Of a stretch of 64,000 nucleotides of DNA, positions 44,194 to 53,309 are shown one piece after another. Both the position numbers and the translations under genes were made by a program. The DNA is from Flavobacteriales bacterium (GTDB taxonomy: Bacteria; Bacteroidota; Bacteroidia; Flavobacteriales_F; PHOS-HE28), in NCBI GenBank assembly GCA_044507815.1, contig JBIQIX010000001.1:40676-104675 (forward strand), in the 5' to 3' direction. The number at the start of each line of letters is the position of its first letter. Within the stretch, counting starts at the first letter, position 1. The notes beneath the pieces were generated by a model, which saw nothing but the letters and a program-made list of their open reading frames with translations, did no database searches and was not told where the DNA came from.

Positions 44194-46941
44194 ATGAGCG
44201 CATTCCTGCATCAATTGGCACAGGCATTATGGCAACAGCATGGGACGGCCCTGCGGGAAGTGGCGGTGGTACTGCCCAGCCAAAGGGCCGGGCTTTACCT
44301 GCACAAATGGCTGGCCCAAGTGGCCGGCAAACCATTATGGAGCCCGCAGGTATTCACCATGGGCAGCTTCATGGAAGAGCTTTCCGGGCTTCGTGCGTTG
44401 GCCACTGAGGAACTGCTGTTCGAAGGCTACGAGGCCTACCGGAAAGCCGAAGGGACCGGTGCGCAGGGCATCGGCGATTTCATGCAATGGGGCGGTACCA
44501 CGCTGGCGGACATCAGCGAGGCGGATGCCTATGCGGTGGACCTCGACAGCTACTATCGCGACCTGCGGTCGTGGGAAGAATTGGACATCACCTTCAACCA
44601 TGTGCCGCTAAGCCGGGGACAGGAGCGTATGGTGCGGTACTGGGCCATGGTGGGCCGCATGCATCGGGCGTTGAACGGGCAATTGTTGGCCATGGGTGCC
44701 GGTACCACCGGCCTGATCGAGCGCACGGCCGCACAACGTGCAGGCGAACACGGCTCCCGTTGGCAGGCCGTTTGGTTTGCGGGACTGAATGCCCTTACAC
44801 GGTCGCAGCATGCGGTGCTGTCCCATTTCACGCAGCAGGGCAAGGCGCACTTTGCATGGGATGCCGACCGCTATTACCTCGAGCGGCCCGAACAGGAAGC
44901 GGGCCAGCACCTGCGCAAGGCGATGGCCGGATTCGGGCAAGGAGCCGTGCCTGCGGCCGACAACCTGGCGCGGGCCGGTACACGGATACAGGCCGTGCGG
45001 GCGCCCAATGAGGTTGCGCAGGCCTGGGTGGCAGCTGAATTGCTGAAGAACACCCCTGCAGGGGAGCGGGCGCGCACAGCGGTGGTGCTTGCCGATGAAA
45101 GCCTGCTGGTGCCCTTGTTGGAGGCCCTGCCGCCGGACATCGGGCCGCTGAATATCACCATGGGCCTCGCCGTGGCCCAATTGCCCGTCGGGTCCTTCCT
45201 CGATGCCCTGCACCGCCTGTACACGGGCATGCGCCCCGGCCAAGGATTCTTCATCGCCGACCTGGAGCGGTTCCTTGGGCACCCGTTCCTCGCTTCACGG
45301 GGTGGCCCCGGGGCCGTGGCCAAGGCATTGAGGGCGGTGCATGACAACCGCAAGGCCCACCATAAGGCCGATGAATTGCAGGCGATCATGGCCGAGGCGC
45401 AGTTGCCCACGCCGGCCAGTGCGGTGTTTGCCGACCTGGGCGATGTGCGGGCGCAGATGCCGCAGATCACGGCCCAAGCACTGGCCTGGGCCAAGGAGAA
45501 CATGGCCGGTGATCCCTTCGCCACCGAACAGATCTACCAGGCCGCATTGGTGGTGCGCCGCGTGCACTTGTTGCTTGGGCGTTATGAGCACCAGCTCGAT
45601 ATCCAGGCTTATGCCACGTTGTTCCAGCGCCTGTTGCGCGCCGCAAGGATCGGCTTTTATGGCGAGCCACTGGCCGGCATCCAGGTCATGGGCATGCTGG
45701 AGGCGCGGGCCCTGGATTTCGGGCGCCTGGTGCTGGCGGGTGTGCAGGAAGGCACCCTGCCGGCCAATACCTCGGAGCGCTCGTTCATCCCCTTCGAACT
45801 GCGGCGGCACCATGGCATGATGCTGCGTGATGCCAACGATGCCGTGCAGGCCTACAATTTCATGCGGATGCTCCAGCGCGCCGAGGATGTAACCCTTACG
45901 TGGGCTGAGGGCGAGGAAGCGCAAGGCCCAAGCCGTTTCATCCTGCAACTGCAACACGAGCTTTTCCGGGCCAACGGCCGCGAACTGCCCGTGCGTGATG
46001 CCTTGGTGCCACTTCCGCCAACGGCGGGGAAACGCATCGTTTCGGTACGGAAGGATGAGGCCATGTTGCATGCATTGAGGCAACGGTTGGAAAAGGGCCT
46101 TTCACCCTCGGCGCTGGGCGAATGGTTGAGCTGCCCGCTCAGTTTCCACTTCAAGCAGGTCATGCGGCTTACTGAAACCGGCTCCTTCAGCCCGCGCATT
46201 GCGCCCAATGTGCTGGGGGCTGCATTGCACAACACCGTGGAGGCGTTGTACGGGCCATTCCTGGGCAAGCCGCTGCAAATGGCGGACCTGGCCCAAGGGC
46301 TTGAGAAAATTGGCGAGCAACTGCGCACGGAGCTCTTGGCGCATGTTCCGGCGGAACAGCTGGACACCGGCGAGCCGATGCTGCAGTACCACATGGCCAT
46401 GCGGGCCGCGCAACGCTTTGTGCGCGCCGAACTGGAAAGCCTGGGGCAAGGACAGGTGCTTACCATGCTTGGGCAGGAGACAGAAATGGCCATGGAACTG
46501 CTGCCGGCCTCGGCCGAGATCGGATCGCCCGTATGGATCAGGGGTCGCTTGGACCGTGTGGACCGTGCCGACGGCGTGCTGCGGATCCTGGACATGAAGA
46601 CCGGCAAGGTGGAACCAAGAAAGCTGGAACTGGCCACATTGGACCTGGAGGACCTGAGGGGTGGTGACCGGCGGTATGCCGCACAATTGCTTGTATATGC
46701 GTGGCTTTACCTGAACAAGCATCCCGGTGTGCAGGAGGTACAGGCCGGCCTGTTGCCCTTGCAACGCGCGGAGAGCAACAAGCCCTTGATGTTGTCCATC
46801 GGCAAGGATCAAACCATCACCCGGGAGTCATTGCCGGGCATAACGGGGTTGTTGTGCGCAGTCGTGCGCGAGATGATGGACCCGCAAGTGCCTGTGGAGC
46901 ACGACCCCGAGAGCAGGAACTGCGTGTTCTGCCTGGCCTGA
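44194..46941 (+). CDS. addB: AddB-like inactive helicase / PD-(D/E)xK nuclease
   Basis: VVLPSQRA, QVMGMLE.R.LDF, LSPSAL..W..CP, GRLDRVD, ILDMKTG, QLLVY, terminal CVFC. Confidence 0.88.
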   Translation: MSAFLHQLAQALWQQHGTALREVAVVLPSQRAGLYLHKWLAQVAGKPLWSPQVFTMGSFMEELSGLRALATEELLFEGYEAYRKAEGTGAQGIGDFMQWGGTTLADISEADAYAVDLDSYYRDLRSWEELDITFNHVPLSRGQERMVRYWAMVGRMHRALNGQLLAMGAGTTGLIERTAAQRAGEHGSRWQAVWFAGLNALTRSQHAVLSHFTQQGKAHFAWDADRYYLERPEQEAGQHLRKAMAGFGQGAVPAADNLARAGTRIQAVRAPNEVAQAWVAAELLKNTPAGERARTAVVLADESLLVPLLEALPPDIGPLNITMGLAVAQLPVGSFLDALHRLYTGMRPGQGFFIADLERFLGHPFLASRGGPGAVAKALRAVHDNRKAHHKADELQAIMAEAQLPTPASAVFADLGDVRAQMPQITAQALAWAKENMAGDPFATEQIYQAALVVRRVHLLLGRYEHQLDIQAYATLFQRLLRAARIGFYGEPLAGIQVMGMLEARALDFGRLVLAGVQEGTLPANTSERSFIPFELRRHHGMMLRDANDAVQAYNFMRMLQRAEDVTLTWAEGEEAQGPSRFILQLQHELFRANGRELPVRDALVPLPPTAGKRIVSVRKDEAMLHALRQRLEKGLSPSALGEWLSCPLSFHFKQVMRLTETGSFSPRIAPNVLGAALHNTVEALYGPFLGKPLQMADLAQGLEKIGEQLRTELLAHVPAEQLDTGEPMLQYHMAMRAAQRFVRAELESLGQGQVLTMLGQETEMAMELLPASAEIGSPVWIRGRLDRVDRADGVLRILDMKTGKVEPRKLELATLDLEDLRGGDRRYAAQLLVYAWLYLNKHPGVQEVQAGLLPLQRAESNKPLMLSIGKDQTITRESLPGITGLLCAVVREMMDPQVPVEHDPESRNCVFCLA

Positions 46942-46957
46942 TGGCCTAAAAACCGAA

Positions 46958-46979
46958 CAGGGGCCCGATCGGGCCCCTG
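46958..46979. repeat. Perfect 22-bp palindrome downstream of addB
   Basis: CAGGGGCCCGATCGGGCCCCTG equals its own reverse complement. Confidence 0.8.
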
Positions 46980-47128
46980 CGCGGTAAACCTGCAAGGATT
47001 AGGAACCAGATCAAAGGAAGACCCTCGGATCTGAGTACAAGACGTACCCACGGTGGAAGGGTTGCCTAACGGATCAGGTAAAAGTTGTTGCTTGGGCAGC
47101 AAGTGCCGGGTAATGAGGCAGTTGTAGT
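46980..47128 (+). ncRNA. Putative structured non-coding RNA resembling an IS110-family non-coding end
   Basis: Nested stems ACCTG/CAGGT, TTAGGAACC/GGTTGCCTAA, AGATC/GATCT, GTAC/GTAC, TTGCT/AGCAA, TGCC/GGCA; no credible ORF; strand inferred from recalled motif orientation. Confidence 0.5.
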
Positions 47129-47164
47129 TGTTGCTGGGCGTGGCCGGGCAAACGCCCAGCAACA
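47129..47164. terminator. 13-bp stem hairpin just past the stop codon of the FAD oxidoreductase
   Basis: TGTTGCTGGGCGT / ACGCCCAGCAACA with a 10-nt loop. Confidence 0.55.
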
Positions 47165-47167
47165 TCA

Positions 47168-48358
47168 TCAGCGCTTGTAATTCTGCTGGGTGAATTTGTC
47201 GAAGAAATCTGCCCAAGGGTTCTTTTTTCCCGTGATGCGGTCGCCCAGCAGCATTCCTGCCAGTACGCCATTCGTCATACCCCAGCCATTGAACCCGGTG
47301 GCTACCAGGATGTGGTCATCATCCTTCTTCAGCCTGCCGATGAATGATGCGCCATCCTTGGTGGCCAGGTCGCAGGTGTTCCATTTATACACCACGCGTT
47401 CGATGTTGAATTTCCTGGAATAATCCTTTTCCACCAAGGCATAGGCTTCCTCCGCATTCTCGGCCTCCACCTCGTCCTTGCTCTTGCCGCCAACAATAAT
47501 GATATCACCGTCCTTGGTGGTTTGGGCCCTGATGGAGTGCGGTTCTTCACCGGTGCTGAAGAATTCGCCGGGCGGCGTGCTCTCCTTGATCAGCAGGCCC
47601 AGGGCATAGTCCTTGAATTTCTCGAGGTCCTCATACTCATTGTCCGGATCGAAGAATGGCCCGTGCGTGGCGATCACAATATCCTTGGCGGTAATGATGC
47701 CCTTGTCGGTTTCCAGCAGCCGGTCCGTGCCTTGGGCCCTTATGCCCTTGGCCTCGGTATGCTCCAGCACGTGAGAGCCGTCGCCGGGGATGCGCGCGGC
47801 CAACGCCAACAGGTACTTCCGCACATGGAATTGGGCCTGCTGGCTGAACTTAACCGCCCCGTATGTAGGGTAGGAGAGCGGAACATCTTCCGTATAGCTC
47901 GCGGGTAGTCCAAGCTTCTTCGCGATCTCGGCTTCCTCCTTCACCTCCTTGCGGCCCTTTTCCTCCTGGGCGTAGGTATAGGCGTCCAATGGTTCAAAGT
48001 CGCAATCGATCTTGTACTTGTTCACCAATTCCTCGGCATGGTCAATGGCAGCCTCGTTGGCCATGCCATAGATCCGGACCCCTTCGTCGGTGAATTTTTT
48101 GCTGAGCCGGGTATAGATCAGGCCATGCAGCGAGGTGACCTTGGCGGTTGTGTTGCCGGTGGTGGCCTCCACGATCCTGCTTTTTTCCACCAAGGCCACC
48201 GTTTTGCCCAGTTCCTTCAGGCGGTGCGCCACCGAAATGCCGGCGATCCCGCCGCCCACAACGGCCACATCAACTGTGAGGTCCCCGTCTTGTGCGGGGT
48301 AGTCCGTAAGTGGTGTGGTGGCCAGCCACACCGATCGATCCATTGCTTCGCTTTCCAT
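47168..48358 (-). CDS. FAD-dependent oxidoreductase (DAO / YhfW-like) without a Rieske domain
   Basis: SVW, DVAVVGGGIAG, TTGNTTAKVTSLHG, ATGFNGWGMTNG; ends NPWADFF.. with no CxH..CxxH. Confidence 0.87.
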   Translation of the reverse strand: MESEAMDRSVWLATTPLTDYPAQDGDLTVDVAVVGGGIAGISVAHRLKELGKTVALVEKSRIVEATTGNTTAKVTSLHGLIYTRLSKKFTDEGVRIYGMANEAAIDHAEELVNKYKIDCDFEPLDAYTYAQEEKGRKEVKEEAEIAKKLGLPASYTEDVPLSYPTYGAVKFSQQAQFHVRKYLLALAARIPGDGSHVLEHTEAKGIRAQGTDRLLETDKGIITAKDIVIATHGPFFDPDNEYEDLEKFKDYALGLLIKESTPPGEFFSTGEEPHSIRAQTTKDGDIIIVGGKSKDEVEAENAEEAYALVEKDYSRKFNIERVVYKWNTCDLATKDGASFIGRLKKDDDHILVATGFNGWGMTNGVLAGMLLGDRITGKKNPWADFFDKFTQQNYKR

Positions 48359-48395
48359 ACCCGTGGAACAGGCATGGTGCCGCAAAGTTCACGGC

Positions 48396-49097
48396 CTACG
48401 GTGTGAAGGTGTAGCCCACGCCACGCACGGAGGTGAAGTGCTTGGGCTTGTGCGGGTCAGCCTCAAAATATTTCCGGAAGGAAACGATGAAATTGTCGAT
48501 GGTGCGCGTGGTGGGGTACACATCATACCCCCATACTTTCTGCAGGATCTCTTCGCGGCTCACCACCTCGCCGGCGCGCTCGGTGAGCAGGCGCAACAGC
48601 AGCATTTCGCGCTGTGTGAGCCGCCGTTCAAGGCCGCGCTGGCCGGTGATCTCGTAGGTCTCAAAATCAACTGTGTTGCCGCCGAACTGCACGCGCGACG
48701 GAGGCAATGACGTGCTTCCATCCTGTCCGCGATCGACCAGTTTTTCCACGCGGAGCAGCAGTTCCTGCAGGTCAAATGGCTTGGCCAGGAAATCATCGCC
48801 GGCGCGGAGCCCCCGCACACGGTCGGCCGCGTTGGTCCGTGCCGTCAGGAACAGCACGGGCGTGCGATCGCCCTCCAGGCGGATGGTCTCGCAGATCGTG
48901 AAGCCGTCCACATCGGGCAACATCACGTCCAGCACGATGCCATCAAAGCGCGCGCCCCGTATGCGTTCCAGGGCCTCCCCGCCGCGCACGGCCGTGGTCA
49001 CATCGTAGCCTTCCAGTTCAAAGTTCATCCGCAAGGTGGAGCGCAACGATTCCTCGTCCTCCACCAGCAGCAGCCGCTTCTTGCTTTTCTCCGCCAT
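48396..49097 (-). CDS. OmpR-family response regulator
   Basis: LLVEDE, LDVMLP, FLTA, KPF, wHTH TRTIDNFI..SVRGVGY; no adjacent kinase. Confidence 0.93.
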   Translation of the reverse strand: MAEKSKKRLLLVEDEESLRSTLRMNFELEGYDVTTAVRGGEALERIRGARFDGIVLDVMLPDVDGFTICETIRLEGDRTPVLFLTARTNAADRVRGLRAGDDFLAKPFDLQELLLRVEKLVDRGQDGSTSLPPSRVQFGGNTVDFETYEITGQRGLERRLTQREMLLLRLLTERAGEVVSREEILQKVWGYDVYPTTRTIDNFIVSFRKYFEADPHKPKHFTSVRGVGYTFTP

Positions 49098-49170
49098 CTT
49101 TTGGGGGGATCCAATGGACCTGCTCCGTCAACGCGGCCATCTTCTCCCGGGCCAAAGATCGCCCCGGCCG

Positions 49171-49178
49171 TACTTTCG
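49171..49178 (+). promoter_or_regulatory. -7 box variant (TACTTTCG) for the men operon
   Basis: TAnnTTCG ending 4 nt before the first men-operon ATG. Confidence 0.45.
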
Positions 49179-49182
49179 CGTC

Positions 49183-49599
49183 ATGTTCAATGCGGAGCAG
49201 CTGGCGTGGGCCAATTCGGTGCAGAAGGGCACCATGGTGGAGCACATCGGCATCACCTTCATCCCCAGCGCACCCGGCACCTTGGTGGCCACCATGCCGG
49301 TGGACCACAGGACCAAGCAGCCCATGGGCCTGTTGCACGGTGGCGCCACGGCCGCGCTGGCCGAAACCCTTGGCAGCATGGGGTCGGCCATGCTGGTTGA
49401 CCTCAACAAGCACGCGGTGGTGGGCATCGAACTGAACGCGAACCATCTTAAAAGCGCCCGCTCGGGCCTGGTTACCGCCACGGGCACGCTGGTGCACAAA
49501 GGCCGCACCCTGCATGTGTGGGACATTCGCGTGGCCAACGAGCAAGGGGAGCTGACTGCAATATGCCGTTTGACCAACATGGTGATCGATCGCAAATGA
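49183..49599 (+). CDS. menI: PaaI-type hotdog thioesterase, likely DHNA-CoA thioesterase
   Basis: MPVDHRTKQPMGLLHGGATAALAET.GS, VGIELNANH; first gene of the men cluster. Confidence 0.82.
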   Translation: MFNAEQLAWANSVQKGTMVEHIGITFIPSAPGTLVATMPVDHRTKQPMGLLHGGATAALAETLGSMGSAMLVDLNKHAVVGIELNANHLKSARSGLVTATGTLVHKGRTLHVWDIRVANEQGELTAICRLTNMVIDRK

Positions 49600-50702
49600 C
49601 GCCCAACCCTGCCCTGCAAAAAGCCCTTTCCCATTGCATTGACCAGCGGCTCACGTTCGCTGCCTTCCGCTTGCCAGGCCACCCGGTGCAGCTTTGGGTA
49701 CAGCGCGACCCCCGGTTAGAGGCCGTGGAGACCACCATGCTGCTCGGGTTGAACCAGGTGTTCATTGCGGCGCCGTTCAGGTTGGATCCCGACCAGATCC
49801 CATACATCCGCGCCGACGTGGAACTCACCTTTGCCGAGATCGCCCCCGACATCAGCCGGCTGGACGACTGCCGTGGCAGCGCCCCCCGCATTGCACAGGT
49901 GCCCGCTCCCACAACACGGGAGGCTTACCTGGCCGCAGTGGAAGCAGCGAAGGCGGCATGCGCAACAAGGGCCATGGACAAAGTGGTGCTGTCCAGGTTG
50001 AAGGAAGCCCCGATCCCCACACAGCTGTGGCCGGAGCTGTTCGCCTGGGCCTTGCACGATAATGCTGAAACGATGGTGGCCATGGCGTACACGCCCGCAC
50101 ATGGACTTTGGATGGGCGCATCGCCGGAGCGCTTGGTGCAAGAGGACCAGGGCCATGTGCGCGTTGATGCCTTGGCCTCAACGCGGCCCAGCGATGCCGT
50201 GCCACCACGGCTTTCAGGCTGGGGCCACAAGGAATTGGATGAGCAAGGGCAGGTGACGCATTACGTGCACGCTGCATTTGCCCGCACGGACCTGCAGGAC
50301 ATCACCGTACGCGGGCCCGAGGTGGTGAAGGCAGGCCCGGTGGCGCATTTGCGCACCGTGCTCGAAGCGGGCATGGGCGATACGCTGCTGGGCGAACTGG
50401 TGATCGAGCTGCATCCCACGCCGGCGGTGGCGGGCATGCCGAAACAGGCGGCCATGGAATTCATTGCGGCGCATGAGCGCCACGACCGTTCGTTGTACAC
50501 CGGTTTCTGGGGTCCATGGAATGCGGATGGGCCCACAGAGCTTTTCGTGAATCTGCGCTGCATGTTCCACCATCAGGGAACCACCTTGCTGCCTGTGGGC
50601 GCCGGGATCACGGCCGGCAGCGACGCTGAAATGGAATGGAATGAGACAGAGCGCAAGGCCAATACCTGGTTGCGCGCACTGGAACCTCGCGTTGCAGGTT
50701 GA
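49596..50702 (+). CDS. menF: Isochorismate synthase
   Basis: KVVLSR, GASPERLV, KELDEQ, LHPTPAVAG, YTGFWG, VNLRCM, GAGIT..S..EWNET..K. Confidence 0.9.
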   Translation: MTPNPALQKALSHCIDQRLTFAAFRLPGHPVQLWVQRDPRLEAVETTMLLGLNQVFIAAPFRLDPDQIPYIRADVELTFAEIAPDISRLDDCRGSAPRIAQVPAPTTREAYLAAVEAAKAACATRAMDKVVLSRLKEAPIPTQLWPELFAWALHDNAETMVAMAYTPAHGLWMGASPERLVQEDQGHVRVDALASTRPSDAVPPRLSGWGHKELDEQGQVTHYVHAAFARTDLQDITVRGPEVVKAGPVAHLRTVLEAGMGDTLLGELVIELHPTPAVAGMPKQAAMEFIAAHERHDRSLYTGFWGPWNADGPTELFVNLRCMFHHQGTTLLPVGAGITAGSDAEMEWNETERKANTWLRALEPRVAG

Positions 50703-50706
50703 ATAC

Positions 50707-52389
50707 ATGGCCACCTCCGACCATTTTGCCGCAGCAGAGCTGGCGCGCCTATGCGCGGCCAAGGGCGTGCAGCACGCCGTCATCAGCCCGGGTTCGCGCA
50801 ATGCGCCGTTGGTGATCTCCTTCCTCAAGCACGGGCAGATCCAATGCCTGCAGGTGATCGATGAGCGCAGCGCTGCTTTCTTCGCCATGGGCATGGCCCA
50901 ACAGCTGCACCGGCCGGTGGCCTTGATCTGTACCAGCGGCAGCGCAGTGCTCAACTATGGCCCCGCCGTGGCCGAGGCCTTCTACCAACGCATTCCCCTG
51001 CTCATCATTACCGCGGATCGTCCCGAGGAATGGATAGATCAGGGTGAGGGCCAGACCATACGCCAGCGCGGGGTGTTGATGCCCCACGTGCGCAAGAGCG
51101 TGCAATTGCCGCGTGCCACCGAAGGCCTCTCGCGATGGCATTGTGGCCGGTTGATCAACACCGCCATTGATGCCACCTTGCTGCCCGTGCCCGGACCCGT
51201 GCAGGTGAACGTGCCCTTCGAGGAGCCCTTGTACGGCACCATGGAAGGGCAGGAAGGGTCACGGTTGATCGCCCCCATGCCTGTAGAGGCATTCATGCTG
51301 CCGGACCGTGGCTGGCGCGCAGAACAGATCTCCAACAGCCTGAGGGTGATGGTGCTGGTGGGACAAGGACTATGGGACCATGGGCTGAAGCAGCACCTCC
51401 AGCAGTGGGCCGCCCTGCCCCAATGCGCAGTGCTGTCGGAAGCCACCTCCAACCTCGACGATCCCTTGTTCATCACCAGCATTGACCGCGCGATCGAGGG
51501 CGTTAACGACGCGAATGAAGCCGATCTGAGGCCCGATGTACTGGTCACTTTCGGCGGGGCCATTGTAAGCAAGCGCATCAAATCGCTACTGCGGAAGTGG
51601 AGGCCGGGGCAACATTGGCATGTGGATGCCGGGGCACGGCACTACGATACATTCCAAAGCCTGACGCACGACATCGCCGTGGCGCCGCACATATTCCTTG
51701 CGCAGATGGAAGGCCGGATCAAGGCCAATGAAAGTATGTACGGTGCGGCCTGGCGCATGGTGGATGCGCGGATGCGAGAAGCCCAACAGGATTTTCTGAA
51801 GAAGGCACCCTTCTGCGACCTTACCGTTTTCCGTGCCTTGTTGGAGGGTATTCCCGAGGGCGGGGATATCCACCTGGCCAACAGCACGGCCGCCCGTTAT
51901 GCCCAGCTTTTCGACCGTGCCCGCGGGCATCGGTTCTTCAGCAACCGCGGCACCAGCGGCATCGACGGTTGCACCAGCACCGCGGTGGGCGCGGCCTTCG
52001 CATCGGGCAGGCCCACCACGCTCATCACCGGCGATGTGGCGTTCTGCTACGACAGCAATGCTTTCTGGAACAAGCATCTCACCGGTGCGCTCAAGGTGAT
52101 CGTGATCGACAACGGCGGCGGCAACATCTTCCGTTTCATTCCGGGGCCTGACAAGGACCCCGAGTTGCTGCCCTGGTTCGAGTCGCCCCATGGCCGCGAT
52201 ATTCCTGCATTGGTGGAGAGCTATGGGCTTCCGCTGTATTCGGCCAATGATGAAGGATCGCTGGGAACGGCCCTGGAAGCGTTGTACGCACCCCACGACC
52301 GGCCTGCGGTGCTGCACATTACCACCGATGCGGAGCTTTCGCCCAAGGTTCTGAGGGAGCATTTCAAGGCACTGCGGGGCGGGGCGTAA
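50707..52389 (+). CDS. menD: SEPHCHC synthase
   Basis: SPGSRNAPL, DERSAAFFA.G, CTSGSA, ADRP, NRGTSGIDG, GDVAF.YD.N, NGGGNIF. Confidence 0.95.
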   Translation: MATSDHFAAAELARLCAAKGVQHAVISPGSRNAPLVISFLKHGQIQCLQVIDERSAAFFAMGMAQQLHRPVALICTSGSAVLNYGPAVAEAFYQRIPLLIITADRPEEWIDQGEGQTIRQRGVLMPHVRKSVQLPRATEGLSRWHCGRLINTAIDATLLPVPGPVQVNVPFEEPLYGTMEGQEGSRLIAPMPVEAFMLPDRGWRAEQISNSLRVMVLVGQGLWDHGLKQHLQQWAALPQCAVLSEATSNLDDPLFITSIDRAIEGVNDANEADLRPDVLVTFGGAIVSKRIKSLLRKWRPGQHWHVDAGARHYDTFQSLTHDIAVAPHIFLAQMEGRIKANESMYGAAWRMVDARMREAQQDFLKKAPFCDLTVFRALLEGIPEGGDIHLANSTAARYAQLFDRARGHRFFSNRGTSGIDGCTSTAVGAAFASGRPTTLITGDVAFCYDSNAFWNKHLTGALKVIVIDNGGGNIFRFIPGPDKDPELLPWFESPHGRDIPALVESYGLPLYSANDEGSLGTALEALYAPHDRPAVLHITTDAELSPKVLREHFKALRGGA

Positions 52390-52415
52390 CGCCATTCCCT
52401 TCCTTCCTTTGCGCC

Positions 52416-53309
52416 ATGAATCCCTGGCTGGATGCCTTCCGTCCGCGCACGCTGCCGCTTGCGGTTAGCGGGATCGTGGCCGGCAGCGCATTGGCGGCTT
52501 TCCGGGGCGGGTTCCGGTGGCCTGTGTTCTTGTTGGCCTTGATCACGGCGGTGCTGCTGCAAATACTCAGCAACCTGGCGAACGACCTGGGCGACCACCT
52601 GCACGGCACCGACAGCGAAGCCCGCGTGGGCCCGTTGCGCACCGTGCAAAGCGGCGCCATTGCGGCCGCTACCATGAAGCGCGCCATGTGGATCTGCGGT
52701 TTGCTGGCACTGGCCACTGGCGTGGCCCTGGTGATCACCGCACTTGGTCCAACGCCCACCATGCTGGCATTCCTGGCCTTCGGCCTGTTGGCCATTGCGG
52801 CCGCCGTGAAGTACACCTATGGCAACAACCCGTACGGCTACGCCGGACTGGGCGACATCAGCGTCCTTCTCTTCTTTGGCCTTGCAGGCGTGGCGGGCAG
52901 TTTTTACCTGCACACCGGGCATTGGTGGTGGCCGGTACTGTTGCCGGCCTTCGGCATCGGCCTGTTGTCCACTGGCATGCTCAACCTGAACAACATGCGC
53001 GATGCCGGCAATGACGCGGCGAGCGGCAAGCATACCATCGCCGTCCGCCTGGGCGCGCGGCGATCCAAGGCATACCATGCATTGCTCATGCTCGGTGGGT
53101 TCGCCTGCCTGGTGCTTTTCACGGCTTTCCACTTCAACTCCTGGTGGCAATACCTGTTCCTGCTTGCCTTCCCGCTGCTCGATCGGCACCTGCGCGCCGT
53201 GCGCCGCAATTCCGTTCCCTGCGAGCTGGACCCACAAATGAAGGTGTTGGGGCTGATCACCCTGTTGACCGCATTGCTGTTTTCTTTGGGATTGCTTTCA
53301 CCCCCATGA
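52416..53309 (+). CDS. menA: DHNA octaprenyltransferase
   Basis: RPRTLPLA, NLANDLGD..GTD..R.GP, YGY.GLGD, NNMRD..D..GK.T. Confidence 0.93.
   Translation: MNPWLDAFRPRTLPLAVSGIVAGSALAAFRGGFRWPVFLLALITAVLLQILSNLANDLGDHLHGTDSEARVGPLRTVQSGAIAAATMKRAMWICGLLALATGVALVITALGPTPTMLAFLAFGLLAIAAAVKYTYGNNPYGYAGLGDISVLLFFGLAGVAGSFYLHTGHWWWPVLLPAFGIGLLSTGMLNLNNMRDAGNDAASGKHTIAVRLGARRSKAYHALLMLGGFACLVLFTAFHFNSWWQYLFLLAFPLLDRHLRAVRRNSVPCELDPQMKVLGLITLLTALLFSLGLLSPP

Noticed and set aside
36216-46941. UvrD helicase plus PD-(D/E)xK nuclease as an anti-phage system
   Set aside because: Size and motifs match housekeeping AddAB repair proteins; no defence-island context
46980-47130. 6S RNA, tRNA or attC identity for the structured element
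   Set aside because: Branched rather than one long rod with a central bubble; no cloverleaf or T-loop; no convincing paired attC R boxes or integrase. Not formally excluded without Rfam
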